From Octopus vulgaris (Eukaryota), in contig OX597835.1 in NCBI GenBank assembly GCA_951406725.2, positions 37,572,001-37,636,000 on the forward strand: a stretch of 64,000 nucleotides of DNA. The letters are read 5' to 3'. Made by a program: the position numbers and the translations under genes. Below the pieces are notes generated by a model. That model was not told where the DNA came from, ran no database searches, and saw only the letters and a program-made list of their open reading frames with translations. Below, in pieces: positions 26,155-39,271 of the stretch (positions are counted from its first letter, which is position 1; every line of letters begins with the position of its first letter).

Positions 26155-26456
26155 TGGAGGCGCAATGGCCCAGTGGTTAGGGCAGCGGACTCGCGGTCGT
26201 AGGATCGTGGTTTCGATTCCAAGACCAGGTGTTGCGAGTGTTTATTGAGCAAAAACACCTAAAGCTCCACGAGGCTCCGGCAGGGGGTGGTGGCAATCCC
26301 TGTTGTACTCTTTCACCACAACTTTCTCTCACTCATTCTTCTGTTGGCCTGCTTGCTTAGCCAGCGGGGTGGCGTCATTTGAAGGCTAAAACAATGCAAA
26401 GCACACTGTGACCAACGATGTGTAACAACATCTGATAGCCTGGTCGGTCATGTGAT

Positions 26457-26464
<8 letters not shown>
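26155..26464 (+). mobile_element. SINE family C with tail 1, full length
   Basis: tRNA-like head TGGCCCAGTGGTTAGGGCAGCGGACTCGCG..GGTTTCGATTCC. Confidence 0.92.
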
Positions 26465-26509
<45 letters not shown>

Positions 26510-26510
<1 letters not shown>

Positions 26511-26794
26511 CATCGTCTGTTTTTCCGTCTTTGTTTTCGTATACATTTGATGCTTTTTTCCAAGGAATCTAATGCTCTTAGCTTAGTTTTTTCCTTGGGG
26601 CTGGCCAGATTGGAGCAATCTCAAGATTAATCAGCGGAAATTGTGAGGATGATCCAGTTCTTGACTGAAGATAAAAGGCTTTGAATGACCCGTCCTTGTT
26701 TTTTTGTATTGTCTATCTGGATGTCTGTTGTCCCTTTTTGTATCGCCTAGTTGTCCAGATGTTTTGCATTCTTGTTCCATTTTGTATTTTATTT

Positions 26795-26795
<1 letters not shown>
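26510..26795. mobile_element. TA-flanked unique insert, possible Penelope-like terminus
   Basis: Flanked by (TA)n, T-rich end; CTGAAGA present but no clean fold. Confidence 0.35.
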
Positions 26796-26839
<44 letters not shown>

Positions 26840-26904
26840 CAATGTATGTGTGTGTTATGCATATGTTTGTATCTATGAATGTATATATATGTATATGCAA
26901 TTTT

Positions 26905-27304
26905 TGACTGTGTGGTAAGAAGCTTGCTTCCCAACTACATGATTTCAGGTTCAACCCCACTGCATGACACTTTGAGCAAGTGTTTTCTACTATAGCCTCA
27001 GACCGATCAAAGCCTTGTGAGTGAATTTAGCTGATGGAAACTGAAAGAAGCCTGTCATATATGTGTGTGTGTGTATATATATTTGTATATTTGTGTCTGT
27101 CTTTGTCTCTTCCACCATTGCTTAACAACTGATGTTGGTGTGTATATGTCCCCGTGACTTAGCAGCTCAGCAAAAGAGACTGATAGAATAAGCACTAGGT
27201 TTACAAAGAATAAATCCTGGGAGCAATTTGTTTGACTAAAACCCCTTTAGGTGGTGCTCCAGCTTGGCCACAATCAAGTGACAGAAGCAAGCAAAAGAAT
27301 AAAG
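26905..27304 (+). mobile_element. SINE family A, full length
   Basis: Both halves present. Confidence 0.88.
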
Positions 27305-27475
27305 GAATATATATACACACATATATATGTATACGTGTGTAAGTAATGTAATGTACATATGTTTATATGCAATACAATATACGTATGTAAACACACCAAC
27401 ATCGGTTGTCAAGTGATGGTGGGGGACAAACAAAGACACACAAGCAATAACATATATATATATATATATATACAT

Positions 27476-27524
<49 letters not shown>

Positions 27525-27728
27525 ACAGAGTAAGCACATAGATGTGAAACAAGGTGGAAAAAAGAGTACTCAAATACCAGAGGTAGGGTAATATGCTTTA
27601 TTTAAAAGCAGCAGAAATATAACAAAAGTTGTTACTCAGAGTTTCACATTCCGTTTTGTTCACAAAACTTTGTTATATATGTAACGTACATATGTTTATA
27701 TGCAATACAATATACGTATGAATGTATG

Positions 27729-27764
<36 letters not shown>

Positions 27765-27767
<3 letters not shown>

Positions 27768-28124
27768 AGGGTAAAATTAATTAATTATTAATCAATTTCA
27801 CCAAGTGTTCAGTATGTAAAGGGACCATTTAAGGCGAATTCAAAATATTACATTTTATAAAGGGCTTAGTAAAATAAATAACTTTGCCACATACTGAACT
27901 CATTAGAAATAGCAGCCAAAAAAATTTTTTTAGCCATTTCTAATAACTAGTGTTTTTAGTGTTTTTACCCCCATACCTTCGTGGGTTATTTTGAGTAAAC
28001 ACTATCTGAGAGAAATTTTCTTTAAGTATTAGAAATGGCTAAAAAAATTTTTTTGGCTGCTATTTCTAATGAGTTCAGTATGTGGCAAAGTAATTTATTT
28101 TACTAAGCCCTTTATAAAATGTAA
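27765..28124. mobile_element. (TA)n-embedded fold-back element
   Basis: Arms about 27848-27944 / 28027-28124; homologous to 57139-57483. Confidence 0.8.
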
Positions 28125-28192
28125 ATATATATATATATATATATATAAATATAAAAGCTTGCTGCGCATTTGTTGGAGATTTAAGTTCCTGG

Positions 28193-28278
28193 ATTTTCAT
28201 GAAGAGAAAGCTGCAAAATGGTCTCCTTATTCAATCCGAATTAGGGACTTTGCAGCCTTTGAAACATATGTAGAAAAT
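28193..28278 (+). ncRNA. Type-I hammerhead ribozyme candidate
   Basis: Stem I ATTTTC/GAAAAT; core ATGAAGA (C3 altered); 12-bp stem II GAAAGCTGCAAA/TTTGCAGCCTTT; GAAA; palindromic stem III ACATATGT; GUA triplet. Confidence 0.65.
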
Positions 28279-28329
28279 AATAAAAAGGAATTTTGTAAAA
28301 TCTTCGTTCAGCTCCATTTCTTCCCTCAC

Positions 28330-28378
<49 letters not shown>

Positions 28379-28499
28379 ATATATTCATACATACGCATAC
28401 ACACACACATGATGATGACATACATACACAAACACACATATTCTTTTATTCTTTTTCTTGTATCTGTTTCAGTCATCTGACTGTGGCCATGCTGGAGCA

Positions 28500-28537
28500 C
28501 TGTCCGACGAACAGGAATGTGAAGCTCCGAGTAACAG
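28500..28537 (+). ncRNA. Minimal type-I hammerhead-like fold
   Basis: CTGT-CCGACGA-ACAGGAATGT-GAAG-CTCCGAG-TA-ACAG; inverted homolog 27594-27652 retains GAAA. Confidence 0.55.
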
Positions 28538-28570
28538 CTTTTGTTATATTTCTGCTGCTTTTAAATAAAG

Positions 28571-28602
<32 letters not shown>

Positions 28603-28758
28603 AAGGGCTTCTTTCAGTTTCTGTCTACCACATCCACTCACAAGGCTTTGGTTAGCCCAAGGCTATAATAGAAGAAACTTGCCCAAGATGCCACGCAGTG
28701 GGACTGAACCCAGAACCATGTGGCTGGTTAGCAAGCAACTTACCACAGAGCCACTCCA
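28603..28758 (-). mobile_element. SINE family A, 5' half
   Basis: Matches head consensus. Confidence 0.85.
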
Positions 28759-29104
28759 TTAATGTATGTATAATATATATGTATGCATATCCATATATGT
28801 GTATATATGCGTGTATAACCACTTTGGTTTATCAAACCACTGAAGACTTGGCAACAAAACTCTTGAAGATCCGTTTACTTGTTCTTTATGTGTGTGTGTA
28901 TATACATGTGTATATGAGTGTGTGTGTATGTGTGTGTACACACCATGTGTATTTGTAACACATAGATAATACCTTAATCCTTGCTTGACCCTTTGTAGTC
29001 TTCATATTTAATCCACACATTTACATAATCCCCTTAAAACCCTGTTTCACCTTGCTGACTGCCCCAGAGGATATTAAATACGCATTGACCTCAGTGTTGA
29101 ATGA

Positions 29105-29565
29105 TTCACACAGACACACACGCGCATATATTTATAAACATGTATACACATATGAGCACCCACACACACACATATACATGCATATGAGCACACATGCATG
29201 TGTACACACATGCACAAGCAAACATACACACACACACATATATATATATATAAACATACACAAATGAGCATACATACACAAGCACACACATGCATACACA
29301 CATACACATACAGATATATAAACATATACGCATGAGCACACCCACCCACATATATACACATATATGAGCACACATGAACACACAAAAATATACATGCACA
29401 AACACACACACATGTAATCACAAACACACAGACATACAAAGGTATGCACTGATACATGTACATCCCAAAGGCACAAACACACATATGTATATGTATCACG
29501 TGCATTTATGTACTACAACCATATATATATATGTATATATATATATGTATATACATATATGTATG

Positions 29566-29632
<67 letters not shown>

Positions 29633-29835
29633 GTATATATGTATGTATGTGTATATATATATGTATGTGTATATATATATATGTATGTGTATATATATAT
29701 GTATGTGTATATATATATATGTGTGTGTATATATATATATATATATATACATATGTGTGTGTATATATGTGTATATATATGTGTGTGTGTATATATATAT
29801 ACACACATACATACACACATATATATAAATATATG

Positions 29836-29900
<65 letters not shown>

Positions 29901-30087
29901 GTGTATATATATGTATATATATGTGTATATATATGTATATATATGTATATATATATGTATATATATGTATATATATATGTATATATATGTATATATATGT
30001 ATATATATGTATATATATATGTATATGTATATATATATGTATATATATATGTATATATATATATATGTATATGTATATATATATATG

Positions 30088-30162
<75 letters not shown>

Positions 30163-30200
30163 GTATATACATATATATACATATATATACATATATATGT
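29105..30200. repeat. (CA)n/(TA)n/(TATG)n microsatellite field
   Basis: Direct inspection. Confidence 0.95.
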
Positions 30201-30664
30201 GATACTCAATGTCGCAACACTACTACCACCGCCAACAACATCACCATCATTACCATCAACAGCAGCAGCACCACCTCCATCTCCCCTAAATCAATATAGC
30301 AATGATACCTCATCATCAATTCTATATCACATCACCTCCACACTAACCCCCCTCTCCTTAAGACTGCCTCCCGCCATCATGTTGTTACTGTAACAAGCAC
30401 CCTCCCCACCATTGTTACCACCGCCGCCACCACCAATGATAACAACAACAACACCACCACCACCAACAACAACAATGACAACTACACCACTACAGCTAGA
30501 AGAAAGAAATATGACACCAATGTAACAACTACAAGAACAACAATAAAACAGTGATAACGCCAACAATAACAACACGGCATCACATGAATTCCTTTGATCA
30601 TGGATTTTGCTCAGTGATGATGGTCATGGACTAAACAACAACAACAACAATACCCATAACTCTT

Positions 30665-30900
30665 AGGCGGTGAGCTGGCAGAAACGTTAGCACACCAGGC
30701 GAAATTCTTAGTGTCATTTCGTCTGCTGTTACATTCTGAGTTCAAATTCCGCCGAGGTTGACTTTGCCTTTCATCCTTTCGGAGTCGATTAAATAAGTAC
30801 CAGTTATGCACTGGAGTCGATGTAATCGACTTAATCCCTTTGTCTGTCCTTGTTTGTCCCTTCTATGTTTAGCCCCTTGTGGGTAATAAAGAAATAAGAA
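30665..30900 (+). mobile_element. SINE family B with tail b, full length
   Basis: GGCGGTGAGCTGGCAGAA..GAGTTCAAATTCC (A/B-box-like); core GCCTTTCATCCTTTCGG.GTCGAT.AAATAAGTACC resembles the Deu/Nin SINE domain. Confidence 0.9.
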
Positions 30901-30989
30901 TACATACATTCAATGCATAAAAATGAATGAAGGGACAAATAGAATGTAAAAAAGGATGAGGAAAGAAAACAAAACCCTTCTGAAGAATT

Positions 30990-31642
30990 GAGTTGGTATC
31001 AAAAAGTTCCAAGACTAGTTTTGTTTAATAAAAAATAACTTATTTACCCAAGTTTTAACACCATCTCTTTTGAAATAGTCACTTTGTGCAATAATACACC
31101 GGTCCCAACATTCCTACCATTTTTGGAATCCGTCCTGGAAGTCGTTATCCATAAGCGGGTTGAGGACCTTCTGTAGTTCACTTTGGATCTTGACAACGGT
31201 GTCAAAATGACAACCTTTGAGCTGCATTTTCTCCTTGGGGAAGAGATGGAAGTTTGCAGGTGTTAAATCTGGTGAATAGAGCAGGTGTGGAAGTGATACC
31301 TGTGTTGCTTTTGGTGAGAAACTCGCAAGTGAGGCAGGTCCGGTGACGCAGTGCCCTGTCGTTGTGAAGAATCCAGTACTTCACACTCTACACATCTGGT
31401 TGCTTTCTCCGAATGTCCTGTCTCTCAAATGCTTCAAAAGGTCAAAGTAGAACTCTCAATTGATAGTCTGGCCCTGGAGGACTAATTCTTGGTGCACAAT
31501 ACCACATTTCCAGGGGATGCTCATGGCAGGTCTTTTAGATCACTCATCGTCTTCAGGGGACATTTTCCCATTTTCGAAGTGCCCTTGCCACTTGAAACAT
31601 TGCATACAACCCATTGCCTTATTGCAGTAAGCTTGCTGAAGC
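30990..31642 (-). mobile_element. Internally deleted mariner transposon
   Basis: Minus strand: MLQQAY..CFKW..EDDE..RP; GIVHQEL..GQTIN; WILHND; YSPDLTPANFHLFPK; WDRCIIAQSDYF; stops and frameshifts. Confidence 0.85.
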
Positions 31643-31654
31643 AGGCTTGATGTT

Positions 31655-32127
31655 TCTTATTTCTTTATTGCCCACAAGGGGCTAAACATAGAGGGGACAA
31701 ACAAGGACAGACAAAGGGATTAAGTCGATTACATCGATCCCAGTGTGTAACTGGTACTTATTTAATTGACCCCGGAAGGATGAAAGGCAAAGTCGATCTC
31801 AGTGGAATTTGAACTCAGAACATAGCAGCAGACGAAATACTACTAAGCATTTCGTCCAGCGTGCTAACGATTCTGCCAGTTAACCACCTTCCATAATAGT
31901 AATAATAAAAATCCTATGTTCTATAGACACAAGGTCTGAAATTTTGAGGGAGGGGGCAAGTTGATTACACCGACTCCAGTGTTTCACTGGTACTTAATCT
32001 ATTGACTCCCCCAAAAGGATGAAAAGCAAAGTCAACCTCAGTGGAATTTGAACCCAGGATATAGCGAGGGGTGAACTACCACTAAGCATTTCATCCGGCG
32101 TGCTGACAATTCTGCTAGCTCACCGCC

Positions 32128-32171
<44 letters not shown>

Positions 32172-32765
32172 CCTTTCTACTACAGATACAAAGCCTGAAA
32201 TTTGGGGAAGGAGACTGGTTGGTTACATCGACCCCAGTGCGTAACTGGTACTTATTTTATCGACCCCAAAAGGATGAAAGGCAAAGTCGACCTCGGCTGA
32301 ATTTGAACTCAGAATGTAAAGACGGATGAAATATCTATTTCTTTACTACCCACAAGGGGCGAAACACAGAGAGGACAAACAAAGACAGACAAAGGGATTA
32401 AGTCGATTACATCGACCCCAGTGTTCAACTGGTACTTATTTTATCGACCCCAAAAAGATGAAAGGCAAAGTTGACCTCGGTGGAATTTAAACTCAGAACG
32501 TAACGGCAGACAAAATACCTATTTCTTTACTACCCACATGGGGCTAAACACAGAGGGGACAAACAAAGACAGACAAAGGGATTAAGTTGATTACATCGTC
32601 CCCAGTGTCTCAACTGGTACTTATTTTATCGACTCCAAAAGGATGAAAGGCAAAGTTGACCTCGGTGGAATTTGAACTCAGAACATCAAGATGAGGTGTG
32701 ACAGACAAAACTCTGCAAAACATTTTATCCAACACATTAATGCTTCTGCCACCTCACTACTTTAT
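31655..32765 (-). mobile_element. Cluster of family B SINEs including a 184-bp-period tandem trimer
   Basis: Copies 31655-31890, 31910-32130, trimer 32170-32765 (repeat starts about 32335 and 32519). Confidence 0.9.
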
Positions 32766-33278
32766 AGTTAATAGATAATGGTAAATGCAACAAAAGCAAT
32801 AACAAGAACAACAACAATGGTTGCTAAGAACAAAGGAATGCCATTTTAAATATGTATAAAGTTATTGAGTGTTAAATATAAGGAACGAATGGGGGGAAGA
32901 GAAGGAAGGGAAAAATAAACTGTCCCTTAACGAATTCTCCCATGGTTCTTTACTCCTTTGAATAATATATAACAACAACAACAACAACAACAACCAACAA
33001 CAATGGTAACAACGGCAAAAACATCACCCAACAACGACAACGACAACAATATCTAGAGTGACAATAACAACCACTAAAACAACAACACTGGTGATGATGA
33101 TGATGATGAGGAGGAGGACAACAACAGCAGCAGCAGCAGATGCAGCAGCAACTGCAACAACAAGAAGTTCAAATAGTAATTGCAGCTATAATATCTACAG
33201 CAACAACAACAACTACAGCAGCAGCAGCAGCAGCAGCAATGATGATAACAGCAGCATCAGTAGCAGCAGCAACAACAG

Positions 33279-33650
33279 TGGAGGCGCAATGGCCCAGTGG
33301 TTAGGGCGGCGGACTCGCGGTTGGAGGATCGCGGTTTCGATTCCCAGACCAGGCGTTGTGTGTGTTTATTGAGCAAAAACACCTAAAGCTCCACGAGGCT
33401 CCGGTAGGGGGTGGTGGTGACCCCTGTTGTACTCTTTCACCCCAACTTTCTCTCATTCTTCCTTTCTGTTTTTTGTCCCCGACTTCCTATGCAACCGCTG
33501 AGCCTGGATGTGCATTCATCCATCCGTCGATGCTCTCTGTGTCGGGGGTTGACCTGCTTTCTCTTCTGCGGGTCTTACGAATAGCAAAGGACCACGTTTT
33601 GGACTTCTCCCATCTTGCGAGCTCTGGGACAAAGACCGTTCGCTCAACAG
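33279..33650 (+). mobile_element. SINE family C with tail 3
   Basis: Matches 41603-41952 reversed. Confidence 0.92.
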
Positions 33651-33797
33651 CAACAGCAGCAGCAACAACAAGAATATCAATGACAACAACAGCAATGATG
33701 ATGTCAGTAACAGCAGCAGATGCAGCAGCAACGATTTCAACTACAACAACAAAAGCAATCACAACAACGATGATGACAATGACAACAGCAGCTCCAG

Positions 33798-34265
33798 TGG
33801 AGGCGCAATGGCCCAGTGGACTCGTGGTCATAAGAACGCAGTTTCAATTCCCAGACCGGGCATTCTGAGTGTTTTTTGAGCAAAAACACCTAAGCTCCTT
33901 GAGGCTCCGGAGGGGGGATGGGGCTGAACCCCGTTGTACTCTTTCACGACAACTTTCTCTCACTCTTTCTTCATACTTCTGCCACAAAGCAGAAGAACCA
34001 TGGTGTAACCCACTATGGTGTGGTAAACTTTCAGACCCTAGTCTAGATTGCGAATCCTCTGTACCCCAGGATGGTTCTGCTCTCCACTCGTTAAAAGCTA
34101 CCGTTTACAGAATGAGGATAACAACGTAGCTTTCGCACCCGTGCAATCGCCAGTCTATCAGGTGTGGTGGGTGGATCTTCAAGTTGCCACACGCATTCTT
34201 AGTAGCTTGGGGTAGGCTTGAATTAGAGATTATTTTTTGTGGCTAATGGCGTGAGCCCTGATTGG
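33798..34265 (+). mobile_element. SINE family C with tail 4, followed by (GAA)n
   Basis: C head/core to about 33970, then a unique tail of about 290 bp. Confidence 0.8.
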
Positions 34266-34949
34266 AAGAAGAAGAAGAAGAAGAAGAAGAAGAAGAAGAA
34301 GAAGAAGAAGAAGAAGGGGAAGAAGAAGAAGAAGAAGAAGAAGAAGAAGAAGAAGAAGAAGAAGAAGGGAAAGAAGAAGAAGGGAAAGAAGAAGAAGAAG
34401 AAAACAGTTCCAGATGCAGCAGCAACGAAAGTAATATTATACAGAGAGCTCCACTCCATCCTTGCCCACCTCCACTACAAACAACTTACGAACAAACATT
34501 ATACAATAAATACAAGAATGTTAGAGTGAACAACAACAACAATAACAACAACCGCAATGATGACAATGACAGCAACATCAGCAGCAGCAGCATCAGCTAC
34601 AACAGCAACAACAACATAAAGCAGGGAACCACCTAAATGCAAACAGCCTCCAAATAAGACCACATAATGTAGAAAGGCAAAGTAAACAGGCAATTTTCAA
34701 AGCAACAACATCAGCAACACCGTTGGATAAATGCACACCTTATATGTATATGCATATGTATGTATATATATATATATGTGTGTCTGTGTATGTGCAAAAT
34801 GCATCTGTATATATATATGTATGCTTAAATGTATAAATGCATATATATGTATATATGCATACACATATGTAGGTATAAATATATATATATATATATATGT
34901 CTGTATCAATGTATAAATACATATATATGTATGCATTTATGCAAATGCA

Positions 34950-34981
<32 letters not shown>

Positions 34982-35479
34982 CAAGCATGTATGTATGTGT
35001 AACTATATATGCATATATATATATGTGTTCAAATGCATGTATGTATATACATGTATGAATAACTATATATATGTATAAATGCATATACGTGTATGTATCA
35101 ATGTATATATGTGTATTAATACATATGTATATATATATGTGTGTGTGTATGTATAAGTGCAAATGCATGTATAGATATATGTATATACATGTATGTATAA
35201 ATGTATATATATGTATAAATATGCATATATGTATATATATGTATGTCATCATCAACATGCAAGTGGATATATGTGTGTGCACAGTAATGTGCATGTATGT
35301 GCAGATACATACACATACAAACATGCATTTGTGCACATGTATAGAGTGATCCCCCACCAAGCCAAAGAGAAAAAAAATTGTGTAAATAGCATAGAGAAAA
35401 GTAGTAAAAAAATACTGAAGAAAATGTAGGGTTTTTTACAACAAACAGAGAACAGCAACAATAGTTACAGGAACATGAG

Positions 35480-37235
35480 AGAGAGGAAGAGAGACAGGCA
35501 GATATGGAGAGAGAACGAAAGGGAGATAGATAGAAGCAAAGAGAGAGAGAGAGAAAGAGAGAATGAATGGGAGAGAGAAAGAGGCACAATGCGAGAGAGA
35601 TGATGGGAGAGTGAGGAAGAGTGAGAGATGGAAATAAAGACAGCGGGAGAAAGACAGAGAGAGATAGAGGGACAATGGAAGAGACAAAAGACAGAGAAAG
35701 AGAGAGAGAATGAATGAGAGAAAGAGAGAGTTACAATAAGAGAGAGACCAAGGGAAAGAGAGGAAAAGATAAATAGGAAGAGAGAAAGAGAGAGAAGTGA
35801 TAATAGAAGGGAGAGAGAGAGAGAGCGAGAAAGAAACAAAGAGAAAACGACACAAAAAGGGAAGTAGACAGAGATAGAAAAGGGGAGAGAGAGAGAAAGA
35901 GAAAATGGGAGAGAGAGAGAAAGAGAAAAGGGGAGAGGGAGAGAGAGAGGAAGAGAAAAGGGGAGAGAGAGAGAAAGAGAAAAGGGGAGAGAGAGAGAAG
36001 GAGAAAAGGGGAGAGGGAGAGAGAGAGGAAGAGAAAAGGGGAGAGAGAGAGAAAGAGAAAAGGGGAGAGAGAGAGAGAGAGAAAAGGGGAGAGGGAGAGA
36101 GAGAGAAAGAGAAAAGGGGAGAGAGAGAGAAAGAGAAAAGGGGAGAGAGAGAGAGAGAAAAGGGGAGAGAGAGAGAAAGAGAAAAGGGGGAGAGAGAGAG
36201 AGAGAAAAGGGGAGAGAGAGAGAAAGAGAAAAGGGGAGAGAGAGAGAGAAAGAGAAAAGGGGAGAGAGAGAGAAAGAGAAAAGGGAGAGAGAGAGAAAGA
36301 GAAAAGGGGAGCGAGAGAGAGAAAAAGAGAAAAGGGGGAGAGAGAGGCAAAGAGAAAAGGGGAGAGAGAGAAAGAGAAAAGGGAGAGAGAGAGAAAGAGA
36401 AAAGGGAGAGAGAGAGAAAGAGAAAAGGGGAGAGTGAAAGAGAAAAGGGAGAGAGGAAGAAAAAAGGGGAGAGAGAGAGAAAGAGAAAAGGGGAGAGAGA
36501 GAGAGAAAGAGAAAAGGGGAGAGAGAGAGGAAGAGAAAAGGGGGAGAGAGAGAGGAAGTTAAAAGGGGAGAGAGAGAGAAAGAGAAAAGGGGAGAGAGAG
36601 AGAAAGAGAAAAGGGGAGAGAGAGAGAGAAAAAGAGAAAAGGGGAAAGAGAGAAAAAGAGAAAAGGAGAGAGAGAGAAAGAGAAAAGGGGAGAGAGAGAG
36701 GAAGAGAAAAGGGGAGAGAGAGAGGAAGTTAAAAGGGGAGAGAGAGAGAAAGAGAAAGGGAGAGAGAGAGAAAGAGAAAATGGGAGAGAGAGAGAGAAAA
36801 AGAGAAAAGGGGAGAGAGAGAGAGAAAAAGAGAAAAGGGAGAGAAAGAGAAAGAGAAAAGGGAGAGAGAGAGAAAGAGAAAAGGGGAGAGTGAAAGAGAA
36901 AAGGGGAGAGTGAAAGAGAAAAGGGAGAGAGAGAGAAAGAGAGAAAGAGAAAAGGGGGAGAGAGAGAGAGAGAAAAGGGAGAGAGAGAGAAAGAGAAAAG
37001 GGGAGAGTGAAAGAGAAAAGGGAGAGAGAGAGAGAAAGAGAAAAGGGGAGAGAGAGAAAGAGAGAAAGAGAAAAGGGGAGAGAGAGAGAGAAAGAGAAAA
37101 GGGAGAGAGAGAGAAAGAGAAAAGGGGAGAGAGAGAGGAAGAAAAAAGGAGAGAGAGAGAGAAAGAGAAAAGGGGAGAGAGAAAGAGAAAAGGGGAGGGA
37201 GAGAGAGAAAGAGAAAAGGGGAGAGAGAGAAAGCG
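35480..37235. repeat. Polypurine (GA-rich) array, about 22-bp loose unit
   Basis: 35880-37230 almost exclusively G/A on plus. Confidence 0.95.
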
Positions 37236-37347
37236 GGATCAAAAGTTCTAGAAGAATATTGGTCTGTTAGAACTCCCTCCTGATTCCTTCAGCTCCTTAA
37301 CAGCGTTTCTCCATTTCCTTCTTGTTAAATTGATATCTCAAATCCCA

Positions 37348-37378
<31 letters not shown>

Positions 37379-37407
37379 TTCTCTACTGCCTCTGCTTTCA
37401 GACTCAC

Positions 37408-37430
37408 CATGGCAACGAGAAGAGAGAATA
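37408..37430 (-). other. Candidate 23-nt microexon
   Basis: Long polypyrimidine tract ..TTTTGCTTCTTGTTTTTTTACAG | TATTCTCTCTTCTCGTTGCCATG | GTGAGT. Confidence 0.4.
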
Positions 37431-37512
37431 CTGTAAAAAAACAAGAAGCAAAAAAAAAAAAAATAAAAGGGGGAGAGCCAGATAAAACCAAACTAAAATG
37501 TGTGGATTCGTG

Positions 37513-37609
<97 letters not shown>

Positions 37610-37621
37610 TATATATAAATA

Positions 37622-37714
<93 letters not shown>

Positions 37715-38159
37715 GGGGTTTTGGTATACATATGTGTTTATAAGTAGGTGTGTGTTAGTTATTGTGTATGGGGGTGTGTGTGAGTGTGTGTTTACAAACA
37801 TGGAAAAAAAAGGGGCCCCTGATGTTAAAAATTACGTTTAATTTGTAATTGCAATGCTGTGAACAGCTGTCTGCTTCTACCAAACTGTAATTAGCAGCGT
37901 TAGAACTTTCACATTGCCAGCTGGGCCTGACAGCAATCTCTGTGTGTGTGCTCTCCCTCCCACTCTCTCTCTCTGTCTCTGTCTTTGTCTCACATACACA
38001 TACATATACACACACACATATATATATATACACACACATATGTATATATATATATAACTATACATATGTATATATATATATGCATATACATAAATATAAA
38101 TGTATATGCATATATGTATATATATATATATGCATATACATAAATATAAATGTATATGC

Positions 38160-38190
<31 letters not shown>

Positions 38191-38267
38191 CATACACATA
38201 TATACATACACATACAGGTATACATATATAAATAACTATATATGTGTGTGCATATCCATAAATATAA

Positions 38268-38306
<39 letters not shown>

Positions 38307-38326
38307 TACACACATGCATATATACA

Positions 38327-38377
<51 letters not shown>

Positions 38378-38879
38378 ATGTACATGTACAAATGCACATG
38401 TGTTAGGTGATGGCATGTCTGTGTGTGGTCTGCATTCAGTATGTTATACATGTGTGTTTTATGCACGAAGCATTTAGTGGAAGCTGATGTGTTTGTGTGT
38501 TCATGTGCATGCGTGTGTCTGTGTGTGTGTGTGTGCATGTATATGTAATGTAGGTGTATTTGTGGATATGTGTATGGTGATGAGATGTTGTGTATGTAAG
38601 TGTATCTGTGTAATATACACTGTTTTTGTTGTTGTTGTTGTTTTTTAAGGTCCCGTTTAAACCCCAACAGTGCAGGTCTACGATTAAAGACAATCTAGAT
38701 GTGACTACTCAGCTGAGAAAGTCTGTTATTCAGAGAGAGAGAGAGAGAGAGAAATAAATAGAGACTTTGAAAGGGAGGAAGAGAGACACAGAACACAGAG
38801 AGAGTGAGAGCGGGAGAGAGAAAGACAAAGACAAAGAGAGATACTATGAAAGAGAGACACAAAGACACAGAGAACACAG

Positions 38880-38992
<113 letters not shown>

Positions 38993-39271
38993 ATGGAGAA
39001 AGACAGAACAAGAAAGAAACAGAAAAAAATGCAGGGAAGAAACAGAAAGAGAATTCAAACAATTTAAACAATATTTGGTTGCTATTTCTAGCAGAGACTT
39101 TCTCACTGACTTGTCTTCTATATGTTCTGTATGCATTTAGTGTATGCCAAGGGCTCTCAACCATGGTCCATATGGCCCTTGAGGGTCTATATAAATTTCT
39201 GTTATTAAAATTTATCACGAATAAATTGGTTATACTTCAGTAATACACAAGATATTTTAATAATTACAGAG

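Noticed and set aside
26155-26230. tRNA gene (also heads of families A, B, D)
   Set aside because: tRNA-derived SINE heads continuing into SINE bodies; no complete cloverleaf
35436-37270. SR/RE-rich or Ser/Leu/Phe-rich proteins
   Set aside because: Translation of the GA array
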